Source: Candidatus Amesbacteria bacterium
GTDB taxonomy: Bacteria; Patescibacteriota; Microgenomatia; CAZETR01; Amesbacteraceae
Direction of reading: 5' to 3'
NCBI GenBank assembly: GCA_963736875.1
Contig: CAVTQH010000002.1
Location: 69,294 to 133,293, forward strand
DNA: 64,000 nucleotides
In this document: positions 49,012 to 58,789 of the stretch, piece by piece
How the letters are laid out: the number at the start of each line of letters is the position of its first letter
Position numbering within the stretch: the stretch's first letter is position 1
Translations under genes and position numbers: made by a program
The notes under the pieces: generated by a model
Told to the model about the DNA's origin: nothing
Seen by the model: the letters and a program-made list of their open reading frames with translations, nothing else
The model's database searches: none

Positions 49012-50592
49012 ATGCGTCTTATACTTTTGGTTTTTCTTCCCCTTTTTTCTTTCTGGCTGATGTTTCACACTTTCTCTTACGATTCATCCCGGAATCAGAT
49101 TCTCATCGCCGCCAAAGCTGCCAGTGATTTTGGCAGCCACTTACCCCATATCAGATCTTTTTCTTTTGGTTCCAACTGGCCCCCGCAATTCCCTCTCTTT
49201 CCCGGGGAACGCACCCGGTATCACTTTCTTTTTTATACCGTCACGGGTTTTTTGGAAAAAATAGGTTTCAGAATTGATTACGCCCTCAATCTCCCCAGCA
49301 GTCTCGGATTCTTATCTTTAATTTTACTCATTTTTATTTTCACTTCAAAAATATTTTCCTCCGTTTCGGCCGGGTTGGTATCGGTCTTTCTCTTTCTGTT
49401 TAACGGTTCATTTTCATTTATTGACTTTTTATCCAAACATCCGCTTTCTCTTCATACGGTTTCCAATATAATTGAAAATTCTTCCTTTCCCTCTTTTGGC
49501 CCCTGGAACGGCAGTCTTATCACCGCCTTCTGGAATCTTAATATTTATACCAATCAAAGACATCTGGGATTATCTTTTGCAATTTCCCTGTTAATTATTT
49601 ACGTTTTATATACCCGGTCCGATAAATTGATATTTTTGGCGGGATTCTTACTGGGTTCTCTCCTTCTTGTAAACCAGGCGGCTTTCATAATCACCGCCAT
49701 TTTTATTATTTGGTTTCTATTCACCCGACCCGGGATTCGCACCCGGATAGGAATTTCACTTTTGGGAATGCTTCCCTGGGTGTTTCTGGCTTTTTCTGCC
49801 ATAAACATCTCACCTGTTGTTCACTTTCATCCGGGATATCTCATCCCGGGTTCTTTAACCCCGGTATCTTTTATCCGGTTTTGGGTTTATAACCTTGGCT
49901 TTTATATATTTCTTATTCCTTTAGGTTTGATATTAGCCCCGCCTAAAGCAAGACTGTTGGGAATTCCCTTGCTTGCCCTTTTTATTTTACCCAACCTGTG
50001 GCAGTTTTCAGCGGACATGATCAATAATCACAAATTATTTAATTTTTTCCTGATTTTGGGAGTAATGTATTCGGCGAATGTTGTAATAAAAATATCCCGC
50101 ATAAAATACGTAGGGATACTATTAGCTATCTTTCTTACACTCACACTTTCTTTGGGGGGAATAATTGATTTCTTTCCCGTCAAAAACGATTACTTTGTCA
50201 GGATCGATGATATCAAGGCCAATCCCGACGCAGCCTTTTTTACCTCCACACCAAAAAATTCCGTTGTTTTGAATAGTTTCTGGTTTTATCACCCCGCTTC
50301 CATAGCCGGGAGATCTATTTACAACGGATATTCTTACTTCACATGGTCTTATGGTTACAATCAGACCGCACGTGAAGAGTCCACCAAAAAAATATACGCT
50401 TCCTCATCAAAATCAGAGGCCTGTTTTCGCCTTGAAAACGCCGGGATATCCCACGTGGAATTGAGCTCATCTTACGAGGGATTTTTACATCCCAACTGGC
50501 AACTTTGGCAAACTCAGTTTGTTCCTGTCTATCAAAATCTCCAAACCGGTTTCACCGTCTATTCCGTTGACCAAAACTGTCCCTCATCATGA
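49012..50592 (+). CDS. Multi-TM membrane protein, putative GT-C glycosyltransferase
   Basis: SDFGSH...SF, YHFLF, NQRH, NNHK motifs; many TMs; cluster context. Confidence 0.7.
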   Translation: MRLILLVFLPLFSFWLMFHTFSYDSSRNQILIAAKAASDFGSHLPHIRSFSFGSNWPPQFPLFPGERTRYHFLFYTVTGFLEKIGFRIDYALNLPSSLGFLSLILLIFIFTSKIFSSVSAGLVSVFLFLFNGSFSFIDFLSKHPLSLHTVSNIIENSSFPSFGPWNGSLITAFWNLNIYTNQRHLGLSFAISLLIIYVLYTRSDKLIFLAGFLLGSLLLVNQAAFIITAIFIIWFLFTRPGIRTRIGISLLGMLPWVFLAFSAINISPVVHFHPGYLIPGSLTPVSFIRFWVYNLGFYIFLIPLGLILAPPKARLLGIPLLALFILPNLWQFSADMINNHKLFNFFLILGVMYSANVVIKISRIKYVGILLAIFLTLTLSLGGIIDFFPVKNDYFVRIDDIKANPDAAFFTSTPKNSVVLNSFWFYHPASIAGRSIYNGYSYFTWSYGYNQTAREESTKKIYASSSKSEACFRLENAGISHVELSSSYEGFLHPNWQLWQTQFVPVYQNLQTGFTVYSVDQNCPSS

Positions 50593-52307
50593 AAAAATTT
50601 CTCTTATTAATACTTGTCATAGGAGCATTTTTTCGGTTTTTTGGCATAAATTGGGATCAGAACCAGCATCTTCATCCCGACGAAAGGTTTATGACCATGG
50701 TTACCCAGAGTATTTCCTGGCCCTCATCAATACCTCAATTTTTTGATACACGCCGCTCTCCGGCCAACCCTCACAACATTGGATACCCGTTTTACGTTTA
50801 TGGCACCTTACCGTTATTTACCGTAAAAACTGCTTCCCAACTGATGTCTCTGGATACCTACAACGGGAACACACTGGTCGGTCGCTTCATTTCCGCCGGT
50901 CTTGACACATTAATTATTTTTCTTGTGTTTCTGATTACTCTTCACCTCTTAAAAAAAGTTCTCCCTGCAATTTTTTCAGCTCTGATTTACGCCGCCGCGG
51001 TCTTGCCTGTTCAATTGGCCCATTTCTTTGCAGTGGATACTTTTTTGGTATTTTTTATCACTCTCAGTTTTTATTCTCTGATTAAGCTGATTTCCTCCCC
51101 AAAACCTTTTCCTCTCAGAGAGGCAATTCTATTAGGAGTTTGTTTTGGGTGTTCCTTATCATCTAAAATAACCGCCGCCCTTTTTCTGCCAATTATCCTC
51201 GTTGGATTTATATATAAACTTTACCTGTCCAAAAATATTGCCCGGGTTGCTTTGATCTCTTTCTTATTTGCACTCGTCGCCTTCATTTCTCTTCGGATTC
51301 TTCAGCCATATTTGTTCACCGGACCAATTAATCCGAATCCACAGATTTTGGACAACTGGAGTCAATTGAAGTCTTTTGATAATCCAGATAATGCATTCCC
51401 GCCTGCCGTCCAATGGATAAAAACACCGGCTTTTACCTTCCCTTTAACCAATTTATTTCTTTGGGGATGGGGTCCGGTACTCGGAATCTTGGTCATTTTT
51501 TCTTCAGTCTTCACTTTCAAATATTCAAAACATTACCCGTTACTTCCGCTGGTTTTAATCTGGATATTTGAACTGTTTATATATCAGTGTCTGCAGTTCG
51601 CCAAACCTATGCGCTATTTTTATCCGATTTATCCCTTTCTGGCAATTCCCGCAGGATTTTACCTCTCTCTTATCTGGAAAAAAGTTAATAGTCTCCCCCT
51701 CAGAATCATCATATTAATTTTAATTTTATATTGGCCAATATCATTTATCTCAATTTATATGCGCCCTCATTCCAGGGTTCAGGCATCAGCCTGGATTAGT
51801 CATAATATTCCTTCCGGAAGTACTCTGTCATGCGAATACTGGGACGACTGCTTACCCCTAAGCGGGAACGGCGAATACCGGATTATCCAATACCCTCTTT
51901 ATGACCCGGACACTTCTTCTAAGTGGCAGGATATGGAAAACCGGCTCGGGGAGACAGATTACTTGATTCTTTCCAGCAACCGCCTTTATGGCTCTATCGC
52001 ATCAGTACCGGAAAAATACCCCATCACCAGCCGATTCTATGCCGACCTTTTTTCCGGTCATTTGGGTTTCGTTAAAGTAGCTGAATTTACCTCTCGTCCC
52101 AATATCCCGGTCCCCGGTATTAAATTTTGCTTTACTCCGCCATTTGTCAATTATGGTCAAATAGTCAAATCCACTCAGGAGTGTTCTTTACCGGGGATTA
52201 GTTTTGTAGACGATTACGCCGATGAATCTTGGACTGTATATGATCATCCTAAAGTCATAATTTTTCAAAAAGCCGGTGATAATATCCAATCGTCTTTGAA
52301 ATATTAA
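50589..52307 (+). CDS. GT39/ArnT-like (PMT) glycosyltransferase
   Basis: WDQNQHLHPDERF, YVYGTLP, QLAHFFAVD, MRYFYP, EYWDD, DESWTVYDHP. Confidence 0.85.
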   Translation: MKKFLLLILVIGAFFRFFGINWDQNQHLHPDERFMTMVTQSISWPSSIPQFFDTRRSPANPHNIGYPFYVYGTLPLFTVKTASQLMSLDTYNGNTLVGRFISAGLDTLIIFLVFLITLHLLKKVLPAIFSALIYAAAVLPVQLAHFFAVDTFLVFFITLSFYSLIKLISSPKPFPLREAILLGVCFGCSLSSKITAALFLPIILVGFIYKLYLSKNIARVALISFLFALVAFISLRILQPYLFTGPINPNPQILDNWSQLKSFDNPDNAFPPAVQWIKTPAFTFPLTNLFLWGWGPVLGILVIFSSVFTFKYSKHYPLLPLVLIWIFELFIYQCLQFAKPMRYFYPIYPFLAIPAGFYLSLIWKKVNSLPLRIIILILILYWPISFISIYMRPHSRVQASAWISHNIPSGSTLSCEYWDDCLPLSGNGEYRIIQYPLYDPDTSSKWQDMENRLGETDYLILSSNRLYGSIASVPEKYPITSRFYADLFSGHLGFVKVAEFTSRPNIPVPGIKFCFTPPFVNYGQIVKSTQECSLPGISFVDDYADESWTVYDHPKVIIFQKAGDNIQSSLKY

Positions 52308-53394
52308 ACTCAGACCTGGCAAAACCCTTCCTTTTTAAAATCGCTTCTTTATTATCAAACGCATTGATAATTTTCTCTGCTAAAGCAATCGGGTCTCTCG
52401 GAGCCACTAAATATCCCATTCCAGTTATATTAATCGGCACTCTTGCTCCAGGTAAATCACTGGTTACGACCGGTACTCCCATCATCATTGCCTCTACCTG
52501 AACTATTCCAAAAGACTCTAGAATGGAAGGCACTATTAACACATCAATCTGCTCATAAAAAGATCCGATATATTTATTATCGATCACCCCCAATAAAACA
52601 AAATTATTAAGACCGTTACTAATAAGTTTAGTAATTTTATTTCGGTACATTACTTCACCCACCGGTTCGGTTGAGCCCAATACTGCAATTATCACTTCAC
52701 CTTTACCGAAATGCTGTTCCAGAATAGGTAAGGCTTCAATAATGTATTCGAAACCTTTATCCTCTGCCAGTCTGGCTACCATCCCCACAACAATTTTAAC
52801 CCCCTTTGGAATCCTTTTCCTTATGCTCTCAATAATTTTCTTATTAGTGCCTGGAATTCTGATTGGTGGGTATATTGCGATATATTTATTTTTAATTTTA
52901 TTGTAGAAAGTTAAACTTCTAGCATAATCATCCGTATAAACAATTACCCGGTCGGACATTTGCATCACACTAATATTTATTATTTCCAATAACCTCTCAA
53001 TTATTTTATCAACAATACCGCCTCTTAAAACTACCCTGGCGTGATAGATTGAAATTAACTTTTTTCTCATTAATTTTGCGAATATTGCAGTAATTATGCC
53101 TTCAGCCTGCGGTAAGTTGATTATTATCACGTCATTTTTCCTTACTTCTTGCCAACTTTTTATCAACCAGTCGAATGATATATACCCCTTACTGATCTTG
53201 AAAATCGTTTTTGCTCTAACCACTCTGACACCCTCAATTTGCTCGAAATCTTTAAGTGAATTATCATGCTTCATACACAAAACGGATATTAAATAACCCC
53301 TTTTTTGTGCCAGTTCCCCGGAGAGTGCTGTCACATAACAAGTCAGCCCGGAGATATAAGGAGAATAATAACTAAGACTTAATAAGATTTTCAT
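52255..53394 (-). CDS. Glycosyltransferase family 4
   Basis: YYSPYISG, ARLAEDKG, ESFGIVQVEAMMMGVPVV.SDLPG. Confidence 0.92.
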   Translation of the reverse strand: MKILLSLSYYSPYISGLTCYVTALSGELAQKRGYLISVLCMKHDNSLKDFEQIEGVRVVRAKTIFKISKGYISFDWLIKSWQEVRKNDVIIINLPQAEGIITAIFAKLMRKKLISIYHARVVLRGGIVDKIIERLLEIINISVMQMSDRVIVYTDDYARSLTFYNKIKNKYIAIYPPIRIPGTNKKIIESIRKRIPKGVKIVVGMVARLAEDKGFEYIIEALPILEQHFGKGEVIIAVLGSTEPVGEVMYRNKITKLISNGLNNFVLLGVIDNKYIGSFYEQIDVLIVPSILESFGIVQVEAMMMGVPVVTSDLPGARVPINITGMGYLVAPRDPIALAEKIINAFDNKEAILKRKGFARSEFNISKTIGYYHRLFEKL

Positions 53395-53962
53395 TTCTAC
53401 AAATCTGATCCAATGCCCTACTTAAATAAGGGAATTTATATCGATACACCCTAAACACATCAAAGATATTGTAGACCCAAAAAATTTTTGCTGAAGTTTT
53501 TATGGTGTTTAGAAAATTTACGATATCCCAGTTATCTTCGATGAAGTAGTCAAAATTTTCCAGATTGATTATTCTTTTCTTAAATTCGTGGGGTTGTTCA
53601 TTTTTCTCATTAATATAAATTCTTTTAAACACTTTTATCAAACCTTGATGCCTCAGCCAGGTGAGGGTGTCATTTTTTACAAAACTAAATCTCCCGGTAA
53701 TCAAATAGAATTCAAATTTATCGGACCGGGCTAATTTCTTCAGGAATGCCACACCATTAGCCGGGAATGCACTGGGAATAACAATAATCAGATAATAAAG
53801 TAATCTCTGCCACTGATTTTTTGGTACAAAGAAACCGATTTTTTTTATTCCCAGAATCTTGTGTTTAACAAATGAAATTGCCAATCTGGCTACCCGGAAC
53901 GGATTGTAGGTAACTACCCCGTCAAAATCCAATCCGACTTTGATAGTACTCTTCGATGTCAC
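53372..53962 (-). CDS. HAD-superfamily phosphatase-like protein
   Basis: GLDFDGV, LITGR, K, FIEDN motifs I-IV. Confidence 0.8.
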   Translation of the reverse strand: MTSKSTIKVGLDFDGVVTYNPFRVARLAISFVKHKILGIKKIGFFVPKNQWQRLLYYLIIVIPSAFPANGVAFLKKLARSDKFEFYLITGRFSFVKNDTLTWLRHQGLIKVFKRIYINEKNEQPHEFKKRIINLENFDYFIEDNWDIVNFLNTIKTSAKIFWVYNIFDVFRVYRYKFPYLSRALDQICRNENLIKS

Positions 53963-53977
53963 CGGCTAAATTTTACC

Positions 53978-55438
53978 TTACGCCGCTTTTTTGTACCACC
54001 ACCATCCGCCTGCTGTTAAAACAGTACCCAATATCAGAAGCCACATCGTCTGATCCGTGCTTCCTGAAGACTCCAACTGGGTCGGAGGGGTGGGCACAGC
54101 TGTTGGCCTTGGTGTTATGGTCGGCTTAGGTGTAACAGTAGGGGTAATTGTCGGTGAAGGAGTAGGTGTTTTAGTTGGCGTAATACCCGGAATATAAGTC
54201 GGCGTAGGGGATACCCTGGGTGTAGCGGTCGGTTTCGGTGTCGCTGTCGGGTTGGGTGTCGCTGTGGGTTTAACCGACGGAGTTGGGAACAATCGTGGGG
54301 TAACCGTGGCTGAAGGTGTTGCCGAATAAGCAGGTGCATTGCTTTCCCCGGCCGCAAACACCGTAAACACTCTGTTTACGGTTTTTAAGACCCCGTCAAC
54401 CATGGAAGTAACTGTGAGAGTATGCTCGCCTGGAGGTAAATCATTCGGTACGCTGAAAGAAAAGTTACCCTGGCCGTCAGCGGTTACCCTACCGGTAATC
54501 ACTTCATCAGAGTTGATTTCAATTATCACTTCCGCTCCCGCCGGAGCAGTTCCGATAATTTCAGGGCGCAGGGAATTGGTCTTTTCTCCCGATTTTGGAG
54601 TCAGCACATTTAAACCGGGATTAAATGAAATTTTAGATGTTGTTTGTTCGGCCAATGACCCGCTTTCAGTAGCTGCCGCTGGTTTTGGTTTATTCAGAAC
54701 ATAGTTATAGTCTTGACCCAAAATAATTTCCGGCACAGGACTGTCATCTTCGGTAAATATTACTATTTCTGATTTTCCCATCATCCCTCCGTTCACACTT
54801 ATATTTATTTGCGTTGTTTTTTTGTCGTATTTAACAAAATTTGCTGGATCGGAACTTCTGATAGTAGATAACGGAATTACCCACGAACCGGAAGGTTTCA
54901 CTAAAGTTGCTTCCAAACCACCACCTGGGACAGTCAGGTAAACCAAAACCCCTTCAGCCGGTTCACCCCCGTCCGTGGCCACCTGACCGTATGCCACATC
55001 AGCTGCTGGCTGGGAATCGATTCTCAGACCGGTTTTGACCTGGTATGGAATACCTTCCGAATCATACGTCTTATTTCCGGACCCGATGCTAAAACCGTAG
55101 ACTGTGTCTGGCTTAAGCCCTTTGGCGGTTACCAAATGAGTGAAGTAATCACCCACAGCTCCTTTTTGTTGATCCCTGTCATCGGTCACGATAATGTTCT
55201 GTTCGGATTGACCTTCACCATATTGAATAAATCCCGATACAGCCTTGGTTGTTATCCATGAAACAGTAAAACCGGTATCCGCGACATTTGATATTTTTAC
55301 CTCCTGGGGAGTCTCTTCGGTCGACGCCTGGATGGACTTTCTAACTTGGCTCTGAACCAACCACAATCCTGACAGCAGCCCTCCCAAGGCTACTAACAGT
55401 CCCAGGATTGTTGGAATCGTTATCTCTCTTTTTTTCAT
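53978..55438 (-). CDS. Surface protein: FN3/purple-acid-phosphatase-N-like + Ig-like domains, PT-rich stalk, C-terminal sorting-like signal
   Basis: N-terminal TM, ISNV.DT.FTVSW.T...H.V...GLKPDT.Y, Ig-like P.I.GTA...G.HTL, PT repeats, LESSG-TM-KK end. Confidence 0.85.
   Translation of the reverse strand: MKKREITIPTILGLLVALGGLLSGLWLVQSQVRKSIQASTEETPQEVKISNVADTGFTVSWITTKAVSGFIQYGEGQSEQNIIVTDDRDQQKGAVGDYFTHLVTAKGLKPDTVYGFSIGSGNKTYDSEGIPYQVKTGLRIDSQPAADVAYGQVATDGGEPAEGVLVYLTVPGGGLEATLVKPSGSWVIPLSTIRSSDPANFVKYDKKTTQINISVNGGMMGKSEIVIFTEDDSPVPEIILGQDYNYVLNKPKPAAATESGSLAEQTTSKISFNPGLNVLTPKSGEKTNSLRPEIIGTAPAGAEVIIEINSDEVITGRVTADGQGNFSFSVPNDLPPGEHTLTVTSMVDGVLKTVNRVFTVFAAGESNAPAYSATPSATVTPRLFPTPSVKPTATPNPTATPKPTATPRVSPTPTYIPGITPTKTPTPSPTITPTVTPKPTITPRPTAVPTPPTQLESSGSTDQTMWLLILGTVLTAGGWWWYKKAA
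54085..54325 (-). repeat. Pro/Thr low-complexity repeats (PTATP, TPTP) within surface protein
   Basis: SATPSATVTP...KPTATPNPTATPKPTATP...PTITPTVTPKPTITPRPT in the translation; boundaries approximate. Confidence 0.8.
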
Positions 55439-55635
55439 GGATTTAATATTTCCAGTTCGGTAAATACATCAGTTTTTAAATTTGGATTAATCTGTTCCAG
55501 GTGTTTTTCAATATCTGCTGGTACTTTAATTTTGACATAAGCTCTATATACCTCAAAACCCACCCAGGACGCAATCGTAATCAGCGTCGAAATTAATAGT
55601 ACCACAACCTCCCTGTCAATTCCTTTTTTTTTCAT
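55435..55635 (-). CDS. Small single-TM protein in pil operon
   Basis: 66 aa, TM then INPNLKTDVF; ATGA-type overlaps with both neighbours. Confidence 0.75.
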   Translation of the reverse strand: MKKKGIDREVVVLLISTLITIASWVGFEVYRAYVKIKVPADIEKHLEQINPNLKTDVFTELEILNP

Positions 55636-56279
55636 AGTAGGTCTTCAGGCACAAAACCCGCCTCGCCGTTTACCGTTAATATTAAAACACCATCCTTATT
55701 GGTATCAATCAACACGGAAGACAGGACAACAACTCTTCTTAAATTTTCCAGATCAAGCACCATCTTTCTCATTTGAGTATACTCCCCCGAGGCCGAAATA
55801 ATAAACCTAACCGCCAAAATCCCTTTTGGCATCCGTGATTCAACAGGCCGTGGTCCACCCGTTGGAACTGGGGTTTCGAAAGCCAGGGGTACTTTTTCAA
55901 TCACAATGGAAGCCAACTGTAATCCGCTTTCAGTCGCGATTTTTTCCAATCTGGCGGCCAGGATATCCCATTCAGATTCTTTTGGTAAAACTTCGTCTAA
56001 AAGCGGCATCTTCAAAGAAATTGCATCTAATTCTTCAAGTGCCTTCTGTACAGTCACCATTTTTTCCTCAAGTTTTTGTGAAATTTCCTCTTGCTGTTTA
56101 ATCTGCCCCAGCAAGCCGGATATTGTTACCAGAGTAGGTCTGAGAGCCAGTATTAGTAACGCAATCAGTAAAATCAGAGACAGAATGACCCACAAACTGG
56201 CAGTCCACAAAGGCCGGCTTTGAACCAATTGCAGGTATCTCCGGTATCTGCTTAAACTGCTTTTATAATCCAAAGCCAT
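55632..56279 (-). CDS. pilO: Type IV pilus assembly protein PilO-like
   Basis: TM + coiled coil, LP, SGL.L..I, GEY......LENLRR pattern. Confidence 0.8.
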   Translation of the reverse strand: MALDYKSSLSRYRRYLQLVQSRPLWTASLWVILSLILLIALLILALRPTLVTISGLLGQIKQQEEISQKLEEKMVTVQKALEELDAISLKMPLLDEVLPKESEWDILAARLEKIATESGLQLASIVIEKVPLAFETPVPTGGPRPVESRMPKGILAVRFIISASGEYTQMRKMVLDLENLRRVVVLSSVLIDTNKDGVLILTVNGEAGFVPEDLL

Positions 56280-56284
56280 AATAT

Positions 56285-56818
56285 TTATTTTTTAGCCGAT
56301 AAACTAAATTTGATTCCGTTTATTCTGCTCCCGAACAGCTCGGTCATATCAACACTTTTCCACATATGATCAGCGGATAGAGTAGCCAAAAGCTCTCCCA
56401 TAGCCTGCTCACTGAGAGTAATTGCCGTCAGGGACATTTCCCTCTCAACAACCTTCCTCTTTGAAAGCATAATTTCCTCCGGTAATTTTGAAGCAATATA
56501 ATCCAAAGTGTCACCCGCCTTAAGTCTGGCGGAGAGCATCCGACCGGTCAAATCGAGTCTTTTTTGTGTCTTGATAAATTCAGTTTGTCTGGGTATCTGC
56601 GACTCCAAAAAACTGACCTGGCCGTTTATTTGTTCGTTTAAATTTCTTAAATCCTCATCCAGCTTAAATCTTGAAAGAAAAGCTAAAATTACCACCAGTT
56701 CGGTGATAATAATTATATGTCTCCCTGTTGTTACCGCCCACTTCAAAAAACGACCCCAAAAAGACTGTTCAAACTCTGAAGGGGGTAAAAGATTAACCCT
56801 GCTATCCCGGGCAGACAT
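56285..56818 (-). CDS. pilN: Type IV pilus assembly protein PilN-like
   Basis: VNLLP N-terminal motif, TM, coiled coil, directly upstream of pilO. Confidence 0.78.
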   Translation of the reverse strand: MSARDSRVNLLPPSEFEQSFWGRFLKWAVTTGRHIIIITELVVILAFLSRFKLDEDLRNLNEQINGQVSFLESQIPRQTEFIKTQKRLDLTGRMLSARLKAGDTLDYIASKLPEEIMLSKRKVVEREMSLTAITLSEQAMGELLATLSADHMWKSVDMTELFGSRINGIKFSLSAKK

Positions 56819-56836
56819 AGCTTCAGTATATCAATT

Positions 56837-57076
56837 TCACTTTTTCTTCACCAGAGCAACCAGTCGGGATTTCAGTCTTGCCGCTTTATTCTTATGGATA
56901 ACTTTTCCTTTCACCGCCCGATCCAGCCTGGAGAATAATTCACTTATTTTTTTCTCAGTCGGCTTCCTTCTCATACCGGAAACTGCCTCTCTCAAAGCTG
57001 CACGAATCCTCACATTTACCGCCGCCTTTTGTTTATCGGCCCTTAATTTTCTTAATGCCCCTACAGTAACCGGCAT
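56837..57076 (-). CDS. rpsT: 30S ribosomal protein S20
   Basis: MPVT.GA.RKLR...LDRAVKGKVIHKNKAARLKSRL. Confidence 0.95.
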   Translation of the reverse strand: MPVTVGALRKLRADKQKAAVNVRIRAALREAVSGMRRKPTEKKISELFSRLDRAVKGKVIHKNKAARLKSRLVALVKKK

Positions 57077-57097
57077 AATCGCCATATAATATCACAC

Positions 57098-58768
57098 ATG
57101 CGGGAGCTTATCAAAAACGGAACCAACCTGCTTTTACGACGTCAAACCAATATCTTATCGGCAGCTTTTATCATCATGATTACCTATGGAGCCTCACATA
57201 TTGTGGGGCTGGTTAAAACCCGGTTATTAATCAGCGTCTTTTTTGGATCCAAATCTTCACTGTTGGATGTCTACTTCGCCGCCTTTGTCATTCCGGACAC
57301 ATTATTTCAGCTCTTGGTTATAGGATCTTTGTCTGCCGCTTTTATCCCGGTTTTTACAAAATTGTTAACCCGTAAGGAATCAGATGCCTGGTACGTAGCC
57401 GGTACTTCGTTAAATTTGGTTTTCATAGTCTTTTTTATCCTTTCCTTGTTTGTTTTTATCTTAGCAAAGCCTTTTTCTCAGCTTATCGCTCCGGGATTTA
57501 ATCCCCTCCAGATAACAACCATGAGTTCTCTCCTTCGGGTAATGCTTACAGCTCAATTATTTTTCTGTGTTTCCGGATTCCTCACGGGAATTATTCAGTC
57601 ACACCAAAGATTTTTAATTCCCGCTCTTGCTCCCATCGCCTACAACCTGGGTATCATCATCGGCACCCTTTTTCTCTCTCCTACGATGGGAATTTTTGGT
57701 CCGGCCGTCGGAGTCGTCTTGGGCGCAGCCATACATATGGCTATCCAAATTCCCGTGGCTGTTAAATTGGGTTTTAGATTCATACCCTCTTTGGATTTTC
57801 GACATCCTGAGGTCAAAGAAATAATGCGCCTGATGTCCCCCCGTGCAATTGCTTTAGGAATAGACCAAATTGAACAATTTGTAGCAGTAATTTTATCCTC
57901 GCTTCTGGCTTCCGGATCATTAACACTATTTAATGTTGCCCGCCTTCTCTATGCAATTCCGACCTCATTATTTGGCGTAACCATCGGTCAGGCGGCCTTG
58001 CCTGCACTCTCCCGGCAATCCATCGATATTGACAGGAAAAAATTTAGACAGACTCTTACCGACTCACTCCTGCAGATAACCTTTTTAGCCCTTCCCTTAA
58101 GCACTCTTTTTATTGTCCTCCGTATACCTATTATCAGGTTGGTTTTCGGAGCTAAGTCTTTCCCGTGGATCGCGACTTTAATCACCGGGAAAATGCTGGC
58201 AATTTTAGCTATTTCATCCACATTTTCCGCTCTTATGCAGTTAATTATCAGGGGTTTTTACGCTCTGCATGATACCAGGACACCCCTGGTAGTCGGCTTT
58301 TTTGCCGCAGTTTTTGATGTTGCTGTCAGCATTATTGCGGTTCGATTTCTGGGTTTCGGAGTAATCGGCATAGCTACGGCAATTTCATTAACGACAGTTT
58401 TTGAAACCATCATTCTTTTTATCTTGCTTTATCCCCGGCTTCATGCGGATAAAACATTTTTCGTCCGCATTACCAGCTCGTTCGTCAAAATGGTCATAGC
58501 AAGCTTTATTACCGGCTTCAGTTTGTGGATTCCCATGCGTTTACTGGATAAATTTGTCTTTGATACCACCAGAACCATACCGCTGATCGGTCTTACTTTA
58601 ATCACTTCAGCCATAGGACTGTTTGCATATTTGCTTTTCTCCTACTTTTTCAGAGTGGAGGAGCTCCTCTCATTTAAAGTCCTGATCAAACGACTGGAAG
58701 ATTGGAAAAATATCCTGATGCCTCATTCCAAGGAACCGCTTATCATTCCAGCCCCCGATCAGAATTAG
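57098..58768 (+). CDS. murJ: Lipid II flippase MurJ (MviN)
   Basis: YFAAFVIPD, GSLSAAFIPVF, PALAPIAYN, RGFYALHDTRTP. Confidence 0.93.
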   Translation: MRELIKNGTNLLLRRQTNILSAAFIIMITYGASHIVGLVKTRLLISVFFGSKSSLLDVYFAAFVIPDTLFQLLVIGSLSAAFIPVFTKLLTRKESDAWYVAGTSLNLVFIVFFILSLFVFILAKPFSQLIAPGFNPLQITTMSSLLRVMLTAQLFFCVSGFLTGIIQSHQRFLIPALAPIAYNLGIIIGTLFLSPTMGIFGPAVGVVLGAAIHMAIQIPVAVKLGFRFIPSLDFRHPEVKEIMRLMSPRAIALGIDQIEQFVAVILSSLLASGSLTLFNVARLLYAIPTSLFGVTIGQAALPALSRQSIDIDRKKFRQTLTDSLLQITFLALPLSTLFIVLRIPIIRLVFGAKSFPWIATLITGKMLAILAISSTFSALMQLIIRGFYALHDTRTPLVVGFFAAVFDVAVSIIAVRFLGFGVIGIATAISLTTVFETIILFILLYPRLHADKTFFVRITSSFVKMVIASFITGFSLWIPMRLLDKFVFDTTRTIPLIGLTLITSAIGLFAYLLFSYFFRVEELLSFKVLIKRLEDWKNILMPHSKEPLIIPAPDQN

Positions 58769-58789
58769 TATTTTTGATAAAATTATCCC

